In this document: positions 1 to 10,317 of the stretch, in pieces | Layout: each line of letters begins with the position of its first letter | Numbering within the stretch: position 1 is the first letter of the stretch | Assembly: GCA_963706795.1 (NCBI GenBank) | Contig: OY970170.1 | Coordinates: 30,001-62,000, forward strand | Length of the DNA stretch: 32,000 nt | Direction: 5' to 3' | Source: Candidatus Saccharimonadota bacterium | GTDB taxonomy: Bacteria; Patescibacteriota; Gracilibacteria; BD1-5; UBA2023 | Made by a program: the position numbers and the translations under genes | Notes under the pieces: generated by a model | Databases searched by the model: none | Seen by the model: only the letters and a program-made list of their open reading frames with translations | Told to the model about the DNA's origin: nothing

Positions 1-1
1 A

Positions 2-586
2 TTTAATAATGCGGGCTACGGTCTCGCTGGTCCATTTGAAGGCACGGAAGATGCTGAGATTGTGCGTGAACTTGATACCAATCTCCTTGGTACGATGCGT
101 GTTACTCAGGCATTTATTCCGTATTTTAGAGCGAAGAAACATGGACTCTTTATCAATACAACATCCATTGGTGGGCATGTGACATTCCCATTTAATTCGG
201 TCTATCATGCAACCAAGTGGGGTCTCGAAGGATGGAGTGAGAGTCTTTGGTTTGAGCTCAGCAAATTTGGTATCGGTATAAAAACCGTGGCACCAGGAGG
301 GATTCTCACGGATTTTGCAGGACGATCCTTAGTGCTTGCTACACATGACGCATATACTGAGCTTTGAGAACAGGCGAGCAAGGTTTTCTTTAATCCAGAA
401 CGCGCAAAAAAGTACTCAACTCCCCAGCAAATCGCAGAAGTTGTCTACGAAGCAGCAACCGATGGTAAGTCAAAACTTCGCTATATCGCCGGAAAAGATG
501 CAAAGCAAGCGTATCGCTTCCGTAGAATATTCGGAGATCGATTTTTTATGAACATGATCAACAAACTCTTCTTTGGTAAGAAATAA
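2..586 (+). CDS. short-chain dehydrogenase/reductase (SDR), 5'-truncated by window edge; contains one in-frame TGA (365-367) read as Gly
   Basis: The frame of track ORF 62..367 is open from nt 2. It shows FNNAGYG (NNAG motif) and catalytic YHATK (YxxxK). Reading continues through the TGA into EQASKVFFNPERAKKYSTPQQIAEVVYEAATDGKSKLRYIAGKDAK, a typical SDR C-terminus, and ends at TAA 584-586. Confidence 0.88.
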
Positions 587-626
587 TTTGATCATCAAAA
601 AAAGATATACCATGAATAAAAAAATC

Positions 627-666
627 AAATTCGAGACCAAATGTACGGGTCTCGAATTTTTCTTTG
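627..666 (+). terminator. rho-independent terminator after the SDR gene
   Basis: 12-bp perfect stem: aaattcgagacc (627-638) pairs with ggtctcgaattt (648-659). The loop is 9 nt and a T-run follows (ttttttcttt), 40 nt after the SDR stop. Confidence 0.6.
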
Positions 667-834
667 TGATGCCCACACAGGAGTACTGCAACAACACAAA
701 AACGACAATAGTGAATAGCTCCTTTACGGCGTATACTTAAGTGGACTTGCACAACAGTTTGCGGAATTTCTGACACATGGAAGGATGAAAGAAGATGGCC
801 GACTACGGACATTTATTCGTTAAAACTTCATCCT

Positions 835-2346
835 ATGAAATATACTCGGAAATGAATCGTTGCAATTTCGATACTCTCGATTGCATCCATTTTTACACTT
901 TGAGCGAGCGCGGCGACAACCTCGACCGTGAATCTCGGTGAAACATCAGGCTTTGCCATTTTGGCCGGCACTTCCGTCACCAATATCGGAGCGAGCACAA
1001 TTACCGGAAATATTGGAGTCAATCCTGGAACTACGATCTCAGGATTTGCCCAATGAACGGTCTTCGGAACGCAACAAATCGGAAGTACTTCTGCTATGCA
1101 GGCACAGACTGATTTAAATAACGCCTATAGCGATATTAATGGACGTGCTAATCCAACAATACTTTCGAGTGACATTGGTGGCACAACGTTGACACCAGGT
1201 CTCTATCATGCAAATGCAGCATTGAGCGTTAATGGCATCGTCACACTCGACGCACAGGGTGATCCAAATGCCATATTTGTAATCCAGGCAATGGACAGTA
1301 TGAATATAGCCTCTGGAAGTCAGATCCGACTTATTGGATCAGCTCAAGCATGTAATGTGTTTTGGCAGAGTAACAATAGCGTATTCCTTGGATCGAATTC
1401 GATCAATCTTGGTAACTTTATTGCTGCCAACTCTATTTCACTTGCCAATGGTGCCCTACTCAATGGACGTGCATTATCTCGTAATGGAAGCGTGTCACTC
1501 GACACAAATACAATCAGCGTTCCTGTATGTACTCCCCAGTCTCCTTTAGGGACTCTGCGAGTTATTACCAATGTTATCAATAACAATGGTGGAAACATGA
1601 GTGCAGCCAGTTTTACAGTACGAGTTCGTTTGAACGGAAATTTTGAAGTACCAGGAAGTCCTGCTAATGGCATGATCTCTCCAGGTCTCAGTTATAGTCT
1701 CACTGGAAGTAGTACATATGTAGTCACTGTAGATAGCAATGTCTATCCTTATGCAACTGCACAATTCGGAACGGATTGTAGCGCACAGGGATCTGTATAT
1801 CTACCTGTTGGCGCAATACGTACTTGTACGATTACACTCGATGACATTGCCCCAATTGACGTATGTCCATACGGAGATTTTTCTCCAAATAAATATGACG
1901 GGCATTGTGTAGTACCCGTGATTGCTGTGGTCTCAAAGGCTATTCCAGCCGAGGTACCATTTGCAGGAAGCACGGTAACCTACACATATACGATCTCTAA
2001 TCCAGGACGTGTCGCTCTCTCAAATGTTGATATCTGAGATAACGGATGTTCGGATATCCACCCACGTTCTGGTGACATCAATCAAAACGGACTCCTCGAT
2101 ACGAATGAAGAATGGAATTATACATGTAGTACTTTTGTCAGCTATTCAAGCATGAGCACGGTTCGTGTAAGTGGTGATGCTGATGGACTCACTGCAGTAA
2201 ACACAAATTATTCATCAGTAACGGTTGCACCATATACATCAACTCCAGTTGTTGTTACACCAAGCTTCCCAAATACCGGTTTTGGTCCACGTACTACGAC
2301 TTTTATGGATCGAGCTTTCGGCATTTATAATGCACATATACATTAG
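835..2346 (+). CDS. secreted surface protein: signal peptide + DUF3494/ice-binding-like beta-helix domain + Ig-like/DUF11-like C-terminal domains, FPNTG sortase-type motif near C-terminus (4 in-frame TGA)
   Basis: ATG at 835 gives MKYTRK[TGA]IVAISILSIASIFTL[TGA]ASAATT (signal peptide). Then LGETSGFAILAGTSVTNIGASTITGNIGVNPGTTISGF...AQTDLNNAY...GGTTLTPGLY...DAQGDPNAIFVIQ...ACNVFWQ, the signature of the DUF3494 family. Track ORFs 1096..2037 and 2152..2346 are in the same frame and joined by TGA 2035-2037. FPNTG lies at 2266-2280 and the stop is TAG 2344-2346. Confidence 0.8.
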
Positions 2347-2382
2347 ATCTAAGGTATTTCCATTCTTTGATTTTGAGACTCG

Positions 2383-2997
2383 ATGATTCCACTTATTTGA
2401 ATACAAAGTCTCACGGTCTTATGGATGGTCGCTTCCACTTTTTTGCCCTGAGAGGCAATCGCCTCGGTAGGAATACAAAAAGTACGTATCATCAATATCT
2501 CACCGCAAGCTATCCCCAAATGACAGGTGATATCAAAGCCTGAGATTCCGGTGGGAATACCAATTCTTCTACGCATCCCTGCCATTAAGCTCAGCGCACG
2601 AATCGAGTCGGTATGAATCAAGCTCAATGGTGCAATGGGCACTCCGGTACTTCCGAGTAACGTAGGTTGGTATTCTCCCTGAATACGACCTGGTGAAACT
2701 GGCAGCGCGGTAATAGCAGGACACCTCGACGATCAAAAAGGCAGACCGGCAGCTTTTGCACATCTCCAAAAACTCATCATTTGAGACACAGTATTTGTAC
2801 AAGATAATCTTGGAGCCGAACACGCCTTTGTCGTTCGTCAGGTCAAACAATATGCGAGCGACGAGAATGCTGATGAAGTGTTTGCTACGAGCAAATGACA
2901 ACATCTCAATCTCATCACTTGTGCAGGTTCATGGGACGTATCTCGCAAAATCTACACCAAAAGACTGGTCATCTTCGCCGAGAGAGTCCTAGAGTAA
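2383..2997 (+). CDS. sortase family transpeptidase (peptidase C60; class E/F-like), 5-6 in-frame TGA
   Basis: Hand translation in frame 1: MIPLI[TGA]IQSLTVLWMVASTFL (membrane anchor) ...IPAIKLSARIESV[TGA]IKLNGAMGTP...NVGWYSP[TGA]IRPGETGSAVIAGHLDD (catalytic His) ...FAHLQKLII[TGA]DTVFV (conserved GD) ...LNLITCAG (TLxTC-type Cys) ...RLVIFAERVLE (Arg). Stop is TAA 2995-2997. The standard-code track shows only spurious fragments on both strands here. Confidence 0.8.
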
Positions 2998-3011
2998 AGC
3001 CGGAAGTATTT

Positions 3012-3044
3012 AAAAATAGCGTCAGATTCTGACGCTATTTTTTT
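3012..3044. terminator. bidirectional rho-independent terminator between convergent genes
   Basis: aaaaatagcgtcag-att-ctgacgctattttttt. The stem is a perfect 10 bp plus flanking A/T pairs, with an A-run upstream and a T-run downstream. It lies between the sortase stop (2997) and the stop of the minus-strand gene (3056). Confidence 0.7.
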
Positions 3045-3055
3045 GAAGCAACTCT

Positions 3056-3793
3056 CTATTCTTCGATCTTTTCTACAAGCTTTCCCGTTCTAAACGAATA
3101 TTCATACAGCCCAGCTTTCTCCATCTGTCCGGTTGCATTCTCAATGCTGTATTTTGTAATGGTACAGCTCCTCGGTCAATCGATCTGAAAATTGACTCCA
3201 TTTGATGTAGAGGCCTTTGGATCATAGAGACCAAAGAGCGATGGATTGGTGATCGAACGATTTGAGATCGCGTCGTAGAGAAGTCGCTCACCGCTTCCCT
3301 CTTGAGCCACCGAAAAATCAATATCAAATATGGTTCCAGAAACATTGGTAATCATCCCAAGATTTACATCTCTCCTAAAATACGGATTGTAGCCAGTGGT
3401 TCCATTGGACGCGCCAGCAAGACGATCCTTAAAGTTGACTGGATATTTAGAGATAGCCTTCGTTGTACAGTCGTAGCTATAGAGCGAAATATAGCGTGCA
3501 GTAAGTCCTTTACGACTACCATAGTCTGTTACTTCATTAAAATAACGCCATCCGGAGAAAACGATATAAAAAAGATGATCGCCTCTTTTATAAAAGTATT
3601 CCGTCTGGCTACGAGTGTACTCTGCGTTGCCACGATCTGGACTCACAATCTGGAGTCGATCCATGCTTCGACCATCAGGATATGCACAGGCCTGATCTTT
3701 AGTGACTTCTTGCCCTGCAATATCCGCATAGGCAAATGAGGAGGAAGCTACAAAGCCAAGTACGAGGCTCATGAGCGTAAAAATGTATTTCAT
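3056..3793 (-). CDS. secreted hypothetical protein (signal peptide; no family recognised)
   Basis: Track ORF 3176..3826 extends through TGA 3176-3178 to TAG 3056-3058. The likely start is ATG 3791-3793, giving MKYIFTLMSLVLGFVASSSFAYA|D, a classic Sec signal. The body is rich in Y/G/S/N. Confidence 0.6.
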
Positions 3794-3856
3794 ACAAAAG
3801 TAATAATATCTACAACAAGGATACACTTCATTTAAGGTTTTGCGAGAAGATCCCTC

Positions 3857-4288
3857 CTATATGGACTTAGATCGTGAAAGTTCTGCAAAAAATCCGAGGA
3901 TTTCCTCTATTTTTTGAGTCTTGTCAGGCGAAATCATTTCTTCGCAGACCATTTCTGCTCGCTCCATCGCTTCTTCGAGTTTCATTTTGCCACCTGGTGC
4001 AAGTACGACGTAGCTCACGCGAGCATCGTGCTCATTGATTTCACGGCTTACGAGACCAATTTTTTCCATTGGAAGAAGGAGTCGCGTAACACCCGAGGCA
4101 GTAAGCCCAATCTTATCAGCAAGATCAATGCGACGCATTTTTTGCTCTGGATTCTGACTGAGATTCAAAAGAATCATAAAGTCATTTGCACCGATACCAC
4201 CAAGTCGGGCATCAAATTGGCGATTCATCACCGAGGTAATCTTTGCCATCTGCAAAAAGAACTGGAGCGTAGGAGTTATTGTCTTCAT
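3857..4288 (-). CDS. MarR-family transcriptional regulator
   Basis: MKTITPTLQFFLQMAKITSVMNRQFDARL...NDFMILLNLSQNPEQKMRRIDLADKIGLTASGVTRLLLPMEKIGLVSREINEHDARVSYVVLAPGG is a winged-HTH MarR pattern. The stop is a genuine TAG at 3857-3859. I chose the start at ATG 4286-4288, the second Met of track ORF 3857..4321. Confidence 0.85.
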   Translation of the reverse strand: MKTITPTLQFFLQMAKITSVMNRQFDARLGGIGANDFMILLNLSQNPEQKMRRIDLADKIGLTASGVTRLLLPMEKIGLVSREINEHDARVSYVVLAPGGKMKLEEAMERAEMVCEEMISPDKTQKIEEILGFFAELSRSKSI

Positions 4289-4342
4289 AAAAAGATGTTT
4301 GATATATAGTTGACTAATCAACTATATATCAAACATCTTTTT
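4289..4342. promoter_or_regulatory. perfect 25-bp inverted repeat (4-nt spacer) abutting the marR start codon: candidate MarR operator and/or intrinsic terminator of the upstream gene
   Basis: aaaaagatgtttgatatatagttga (4289-4313), ctaa, tcaactatatatcaaacatcttttt (4318-4342). The arms are exact reverse complements and contain TATATA. Confidence 0.55.
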
Positions 4343-4354
4343 GAACAAGAGATT

Positions 4355-4861
4355 TTAAATAAATGTGCGAACTGATAACCCCAGCGCACGTCCATACACG
4401 TTGCTGTGTGCATGATTACAACTCCTTTGTAAACACATCGAATCAACGATTGTCTCGCCATCGCACGACGATGTCCAAAGCGAAACTCGCTTTCCTTGAC
4501 TCACAAATCCACCGTCGTTCATATTGCGATACCCCACAATTGGCAAATCCAAAATGACTGCTTTTTCTACAGCATTTCAGCGAATAGCTGCAAATATTTT
4601 GTGCCATTCTTCGAGCGTTGGAATACTTACGCCACGATATTTCGCTTCTGTTTCTGCACCAGTAAAATTATAGAACCAATAGACTATACCATCAATTTCT
4701 TGCGACCATGCCTGCGGTGTCTTGAGCTCGGCAACTTCTGGATTTATCACGATGTCTGCTGCGGTAGGCGTATCAAAATTCTTGAGTGCGAGCTTCATTC
4801 CTGCCACTGCAAAGTGATCATCTTGCTTAATAGCCCCCTTAAATACGGATTCTATACGCAT
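4355..4861 (-). CDS. FISUMP-like (Fibrobacter succinogenes major paralogous domain-like) protein
   Basis: Track ORFs 4577..4867 and 4355..4552 are in the same frame and joined by TGA 4577-4579. Motifs: GVSIPTLEEWHKIFAAI, GYRNMNDGGFVSQGKRVSLWTSS and a C-terminal GRALGLSVRTF, which resembles the family's G.SVRC ending. Start is ATG 4859-4861 and stop is TAA 4355-4357. Confidence 0.5.
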
Positions 4862-4882
4862 ATGCAATCAAGGTAAAAGATA

Positions 4883-5185
4883 CTACTTCCCAACTTTTGT
4901 ATGAACTCCGTTGATCGTTACGTATTGGCGATTTTTATTTTTTTCGTGCTTTCGGAGGGTTTCGGACTCGAGATCGATACCGAGGATTTCAGCGATACTG
5001 AGCAGGAAAATAAAAGTATCCGCAAGTTCCTCTCAGACATTTGACTCCTTGCGGTAGTAGGCACGGTTAGCTTCTGCAAGCTCTTCGTAGGCGTAGCAGA
5101 ATTCTTTGTGGATATCGGTGGTATTAAATCCCTTAGCGATTTTGTTTGCATAGATTTCCTTTTGCAGGGCTGCAAGATCGATCAT
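4883..5185 (-). CDS. MazG-like nucleoside triphosphate pyrophosphohydrolase (small, single domain)
   Basis: Hand translation from ATG 5183-5185: MIDLAALQKEIYANKIAKGFNTTDIHKEFCYAYEELAEANRAYYRKESNV[TGA]EELADTFIFLLSIAEILGIDLESETLRKHEKNKNRQY, ending at TAG 4883-4885. The EExxE/EELAD helices are typical of MazG/YpjD-like proteins. Track ORF 4918..5175 is a low-complexity shadow in another frame. Confidence 0.7.
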
Positions 5186-5302
5186 ATTCAGAGAAAAAGA
5201 ATAATGCGAACCATGATACGAATGGACAAAGAATTTGCGAGACTTTTACAAAGTGGTAGATATACTCATAATATTACGAAGTAGATCTTCTCACTGCTCA
5301 CT

Positions 5303-5719
5303 ATGAAATTGGATACCAACATGGAAGTCGTTCCTGCCCGAACAAAACAAAGATGAAGGCCTCGCGTAGCAAAAGCTCTAGAAACAGCCAAAGATGCCAC
5401 GTACAAAACACTTACCCCTCCATCCAATCAGCCATACCAAAAGCAGATTGCATATGACAAAGTAAGCGCATTCATCGACACAGGAATCCTCCTCGATGGA
5501 AAGATCCGTGGCAAGGAATTTTTTAAGGGCTACGGCTTTGTAGAATTTAGTGAATCTGCCTACGAATTTCAGGCATCAAATGTCCTTATTAACCCAAGAA
5601 GACACGACGGGTTCGAACAAATCAGGATTGGTATGAATGTCCGATTTTTAGTAACTGCGAGCAAGATAAACTCAGATGGACTCAGTGTCGAGATTGTCAT
5701 CAAAGAAATCTCCAAATAG
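5303..5719 (+). CDS. small hypothetical protein with N-terminal AT-hook (R-G-R-P, Gly encoded by TGA) and possible OB/cold-shock-like C-terminal half
   Basis: ATG at 5303 gives MKLDTNMEVVPARTKQR[TGA 5354-5356]RPRVAKALE...GKEFFKGYGFVEFSESAYEFQASNVLIN...RIGMNVRFLV..., ending at TAG 5717-5719. It is absent from the standard-code track because the TGA splits it. Confidence 0.5.
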
Positions 5720-5725
5720 GAGACC

Positions 5726-6373
5726 TTATGGCTGTGTTTTTTCTCAGAGAAGCATTCGCAAATCGCGGACGTGGACATAGATAATGAGACTCAGGACCGC
5801 AGAAAAGAAGCACCAAACCGAAAACAGTGTCTCAGGATAAAAGCCGTGTGCCACAAAAAATCCCACGAGCATCGCCGTACCAAAAACACGGATCTTAAAT
5901 GAACTCGATACCATACTGCCCATGCAGGTAGTAAGAAAGTATAAAAAGAAGCTTACGAGTGGAAATGGCACAGGAACATCGTACATAATACTATTCTTCG
6001 CTATATTACAGGTCACCGGTCCAACGACACTGAGCGTAAAAAGATAGACACTCACCAAGACTCATAATCATGCAATAACTCCAATAATCTTTTTACGAAT
6101 TGGATCTTTTTCGATGAGCCAAATCGTAAATGGCACGAAAGTGGGCCAAAATATATAGGCAAAAAATACAAAGATATATGCAGCGATAGCATGTATGAGA
6201 GGCTTATCAAAAGATATCCACACGATCCCTTCAACTATTTGCTGGATTCAAAAAAACAAAGGAATAGACGCAAATGGAAGTACTGATCTTGATCGTACAT
6301 GACGAAGTGTTAGGACGCCAGCAACAATAAGCACTGTACCTGCTGTAAAGCTCGCAGTTGCAGAAAAACACAT
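5726..6373 (-). CDS. polytopic integral membrane protein (about 6 hydrophobic segments), unknown function
   Basis: One frame is open from TAG 6407-6409 down to TAA 5726-5728, containing 4 TGA. From ATG 6371-6373: MCFSATASFTAGTVLIVAGVLTL...FASIPLFF[TGA]IQQIVEGIVWISF...AAYIFVFFAYIFWPTFVPFTIWLIE... and then track ORF 5744..6058. Confidence 0.6.
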
Positions 6374-6487
6374 AAAAAAAGAGTAAGTAATTACTACATT
6401 CTCACTCTATTCATCGCTTATAAATGGGAATAGCCCTATTGTAGGCGAATACTTAAGGTCGCGAAAACATAAATGTACTGGATTGCC

Positions 6488-8980
6488 CTATTTTGTGGCG
6501 CTCACAAAAGATGCTGCGAGAAATCCGGTAAACAATTCTTTGATCTTTGCGAGGATTTCTTTGCGGGATTTTACTGAGATCTCCTTGAGTTGGACGGTTC
6601 CATTTGGTAAAAATATAGGATCCCAATTACCAATATCTCCTTTCATTTTACGTGCCTCGTATTCTTCGCGAGTAAGGGTATTGAGGGAGACATTTCCGAG
6701 TACGATACGCTTGATCGATACATTTTTTGTAGCAACTTCTTGGCCTAAACGCTTATTGAGCATATCTTGTAAGATATCCACGCCATTCTCTGTGACATCA
6801 TTATCAGCAATCTGTAAAATGACTGGACAGCGTGCACCATCTTTAATCTCTTTTGCATATGCTACATCAGTTGTCAGTTTTTGATCATACTGTTGAGCAA
6901 TATTTGCCCAAGCAGTAACGTCATTCGTTCCGCCTTTGAGCGTATGAATTCCTTCATTAAGCTCCGCCATTCGTATCGAATCAATATCACCAGCAAAAGC
7001 ACTCGAAAATGAGCTGTATGGTGTACCATCTCAATAGAGCAAGAAGTTTACAGGGATCTCATAATCAGGATCTTCAAGCCAATCTCTTAGATGAGCCTCA
7101 AGATGCTTCATCGCAATAAAAAGAACGGTTGGAATAATATGCACCATTCCGTTGGCTTTGTACATATCCATGCTACCAGAGATATCTATTGCGAAGCAAA
7201 TATCCATCTTGCGATACGTATCAGCCAATGCTTCAGTGACATTACTTTTATCGTAGAGCGATTTGGTATGAATATCGGTCGCCTCTGGATTTTGCGCTAT
7301 ATAGTCACGAACACGTCCGGTGTTCAGCCTTCATTTTTTGCGCGCGTCGAGCGTTACAAGCTCTCGCTTGTCGAGTGTTTGGATTTGTTCCAAAAAGAAC
7401 TGAACGAGCGACTCAATCATTGCTCATTCTTTGGTCAAAATATTATTCGTGATTTCCTTTCCGTTTTTTCATACGCCAGAAGACTCTAAAATCGAAGATA
7501 CATCATAGTTCTTTTTTTCAGCAAGTTTTCGCACAAGTTCTTTGGACTGCTGTGCATCTTCGGCTTCATCGACATCATCGAGAAAATCTATTTTATCCTG
7601 GATATCAGGTGATTTATGAACGGATTCTCCACTAGTTTTTGGATTTTTATCTCTAGATGGATCTGACGCATCTTTTTCTGCGTCGTCGGATGTCTTTGTA
7701 TCAGATTTTCCATTATCAGGCTCCCCATTGCCCTCTCCGGATTTTCATCCACCATTCCCTACGGTTGGATCAGGGAGATCTTGTTTAAAGAGATCCATGA
7801 TAATGCAGGCCTTTTGGATCGGCAAAAAGAGCGTACTATAAATTTTGTAACGAAGTGCTGGAGTGATATCCAAAATATGTTCACTTCACTCTCGTCCATG
7901 TGAAGCACAAAAGAGTGCAATGCAATCAATGAGCGAAATATTCGCACTAATATATGATTTTTTAGTACCCGTTTGATCGATTGCGAGACTCAAAAGCCCA
8001 AGAATAGTGGTATCTGTGGACATGTTTTGAAGTTGCCCACGCATCAGAATATACTCTCACTTTAGCGCGGTAGCACGTGCTTGGATTTTTGTATCTGAAC
8101 TTGCCTGTGTTGCCTCAAAGGCATCATCAAGCAATTTTGCAGTACGTGCCACAGAAGTTTTCCACGGATTCTTGCGTGCCCTTGTATCGTCCGCGAATAA
8201 AATATCCGAGACTACTTTGGGTAAAAAAATATCTTGGTCCTTTACCATAGCAGCACGCAGAAGGTAATACGGAAGTGCCGTCGAAAATGGCTTCGTGCTA
8301 TAATCAACCTCGTTCGTGTCGTTGATTCTAAAAGAACCATTTCCCTTGCCGACAAAGATGAGATTTTCATCATAGTCACCATTTATTGGATCAGGAATTC
8401 GATCCGCAAAGAGATTATATTTGTAAAACCCTTGGAGATGTTCGGCGCTGATATCACTTCCCGAAAACATCTCTACTTCTTTATTAACGATGATATCGTC
8501 AATGCAATTAAAGAGCGTATGGAGATGGCTTCAGATTGGGACTTTTTTATCAGTACCATAATTTAATGCAGTAGTGTGAAGCGACTCCAAAAACGCCTTC
8601 ATAGAGGCTCTGCCGGTTTTTTTGGATTCCATAAGGAGGTCGCGAAAGTGCGAGAGCTCATGGAAGAGACCAAAAAAGAGATCATTCCATGTATAGGCAA
8701 ATCCGTGTACTGCCTGTCCATTATTTTTGAGCAGATTTGCATGAAAATCCATGAGCCACTGCTGTGGAATATGGATCATCCGATCTGCTGGACTAAAAGC
8801 AAAACTCTGCCCATCTGACACCTGATACTTTACGGGCGATGGCACAGAGAGAAACATACGAAACTGCCCATCCATAGAGGCAACCTTCGCATGAAATACC
8901 CCAAGAAAATCGTCAAAATTCTCGGGAATTTTCGCCGAGTGATTGACTGACTGTGGAGCGTTTGAAACAAGAGGAGACAT
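6488..8980 (-). CDS. 830-aa HExxH metallopeptidase-like N-domain + acidic low-complexity linker + C-terminal von Willebrand factor A (MIDAS DxSGS) domain
   Basis: Track ORFs 8531..8980, 8057..8470, 7031..7228 and 6488..6970 are all in one frame. I translated every gap (7229-8056 included) and found only TGA, with no TAA or TAG. Motifs: FGLFHELSHF (HExxH); linker GEGNGEPDNGKSDTKTSDDAEKDASDPSRDKNPK...DFLDDVDEAED; VWA CFAIDISGSM and LKGGTN. The stop is a genuine TAG at 6488-6490. Confidence 0.8.
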
Positions 8981-9033
8981 AGTGTTTACTACAGACTATC
9001 CGAATGCGGTTTTATTTACAAATTTGCGCTCAT

Positions 9034-10314
9034 TTATGAGCTGTTATTTAAAAGAAACTGTTCATGAAATTTGTAATCATCGAATTTGTTGGTGACATGT
9101 ATTCAATATGTATGAGCCATATCGAGTTGCTCAAGCTCAGTCAGTGTGAGGTTGAGACTATTTGCAAGATGCAGACTTTTGATTCAGGCGGCACTTGCCC
9201 TTACAAGGACCTTGTGCAAAGAGTCCTTATGAAAATTCTTAATCGATCGAAAAACATTCTGTCCCAAGTCCAGGCTCCGAATACCTGCTCGCCCCGCTAC
9301 TTCTAAGAAATGACTAATATCATCGACATTTTTAAGGATATCTTCCAGATCATTGTTTTGAAGACTCAAATATCGTATTCCTGCATATCCTGCAGTCTCT
9401 ACAAAACTTTCAAGTTCTTTAAGACTAAAGATTCGTTCGAGATGATTCTGCCCGAAGTACAGACTTTTTATGCCTGATCGTCCTGCTACTATGGCCATTT
9501 CTATGAGCCCTTTTGCATCAATAGCACAAGCAGTGGGCCTGTCGTATGCAAACGCTGTTCCACTGAGATCGAGACTTCGAATTCAAGCAAGGCCAGCTGT
9601 CTTTACAAACTGGATGAGCTCTTGTATGGTGAATAGACCTATTCATTGTACTTTTTCACCTATCGATGCATCAAGGTGACGAATTCATTTTTCTCATAAT
9701 TCTTTTACAAGCGCGATAAATTCTGGGGTGGGTAGCCCGTTACAATATTCTGAGTTTGAGATTTTGAGCGCAGTGATTTCATCGGCGCACATATTCTCGA
9801 GTTGTGCATAAAACTGCTCTTTATGCTTGGTATCTATATGCATTCACCATGGCGTCGCACCAACACTCCCTTTGCGCTCGTAGATGAGATTATCCAATCA
9901 AAATTCCTGGATAAGTTTCTTCCAAAATTTATTAAAAAGCTCGGGTGCGACATTTTGGCCAATGATCGCGGCATATTCTGTGAATGCCTCACCGAGTGGA
10001 GTCAGCTCTCATTTTTGTCGAAATACTTGCTCTTCGAGGTTTTGAGATATTCGAGCATCAGAGAGGAGAATCTTTGTTTTATATTCACTGAAATTATATG
10101 GAAGTTCAGACGTCCTAAATAATTCTATATGCTGGCGAATTAGGGATTCGAGATGCGCAAGATGCTCTTGGTTTGCTTGTATATTTTCTTGTACATCTCA
10201 TCAAACCAGGTTTAAAATCTGTGCTATATGCTCCCGTATGTTTGGCTGCGCAATAAAATGAGCGATCGATGAGATCGATTTTTGAGAGACGGGATCGGTA
10301 TGATGAATAGACAT
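9034..10314 (-). CDS. array member 15: N-module/LRR family protein (426 aa)
   Basis: ATG 10312-10314 gives MSIHHTDPVSQ...IAQILNLV...YNFSEYKTKILLSDARISQNLEEQVF...LGEAFTEYA...KLIQEF[TGA]LDNLIYE. The LRR units include VKTAGLA[TGA]IRSLDLS, MAIVAGRSGIKSLYFGQN, VETAGYAGIRYLSLQNN and LEVAGRAGIRSLDLGQN. All 427 codons were translated without TAA or TAG, ending at TAA 9034-9036. Track fragment: 9184..9498. Confidence 0.85.
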
Positions 10315-10317
10315 GGA

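Noticed and set aside
470-1022. Minus-strand ORFs 470..697, 558..812 and 828..1022.
   Set aside because: They overlap the SDR C-terminus, its terminator, or the signal-peptide region of the DUF3494 gene on the plus strand. They carry no motifs.
2349-2904. Minus-strand ORFs 2349..2642 and 2569..2904.
   Set aside because: The plus strand in frame 1 encodes a complete sortase with the His, TLxTC-type Cys and Arg motifs once TGA is read as Gly. The minus-strand ORFs are antisense shadows.
4918-5175. Minus-strand ORF of 85 aa in the track (MQPCKRKSMQTKSLRDL...).
   Set aside because: It is low-complexity. The overlapping frame, read through one TGA, gives a clean MazG-like protein (4883..5185).
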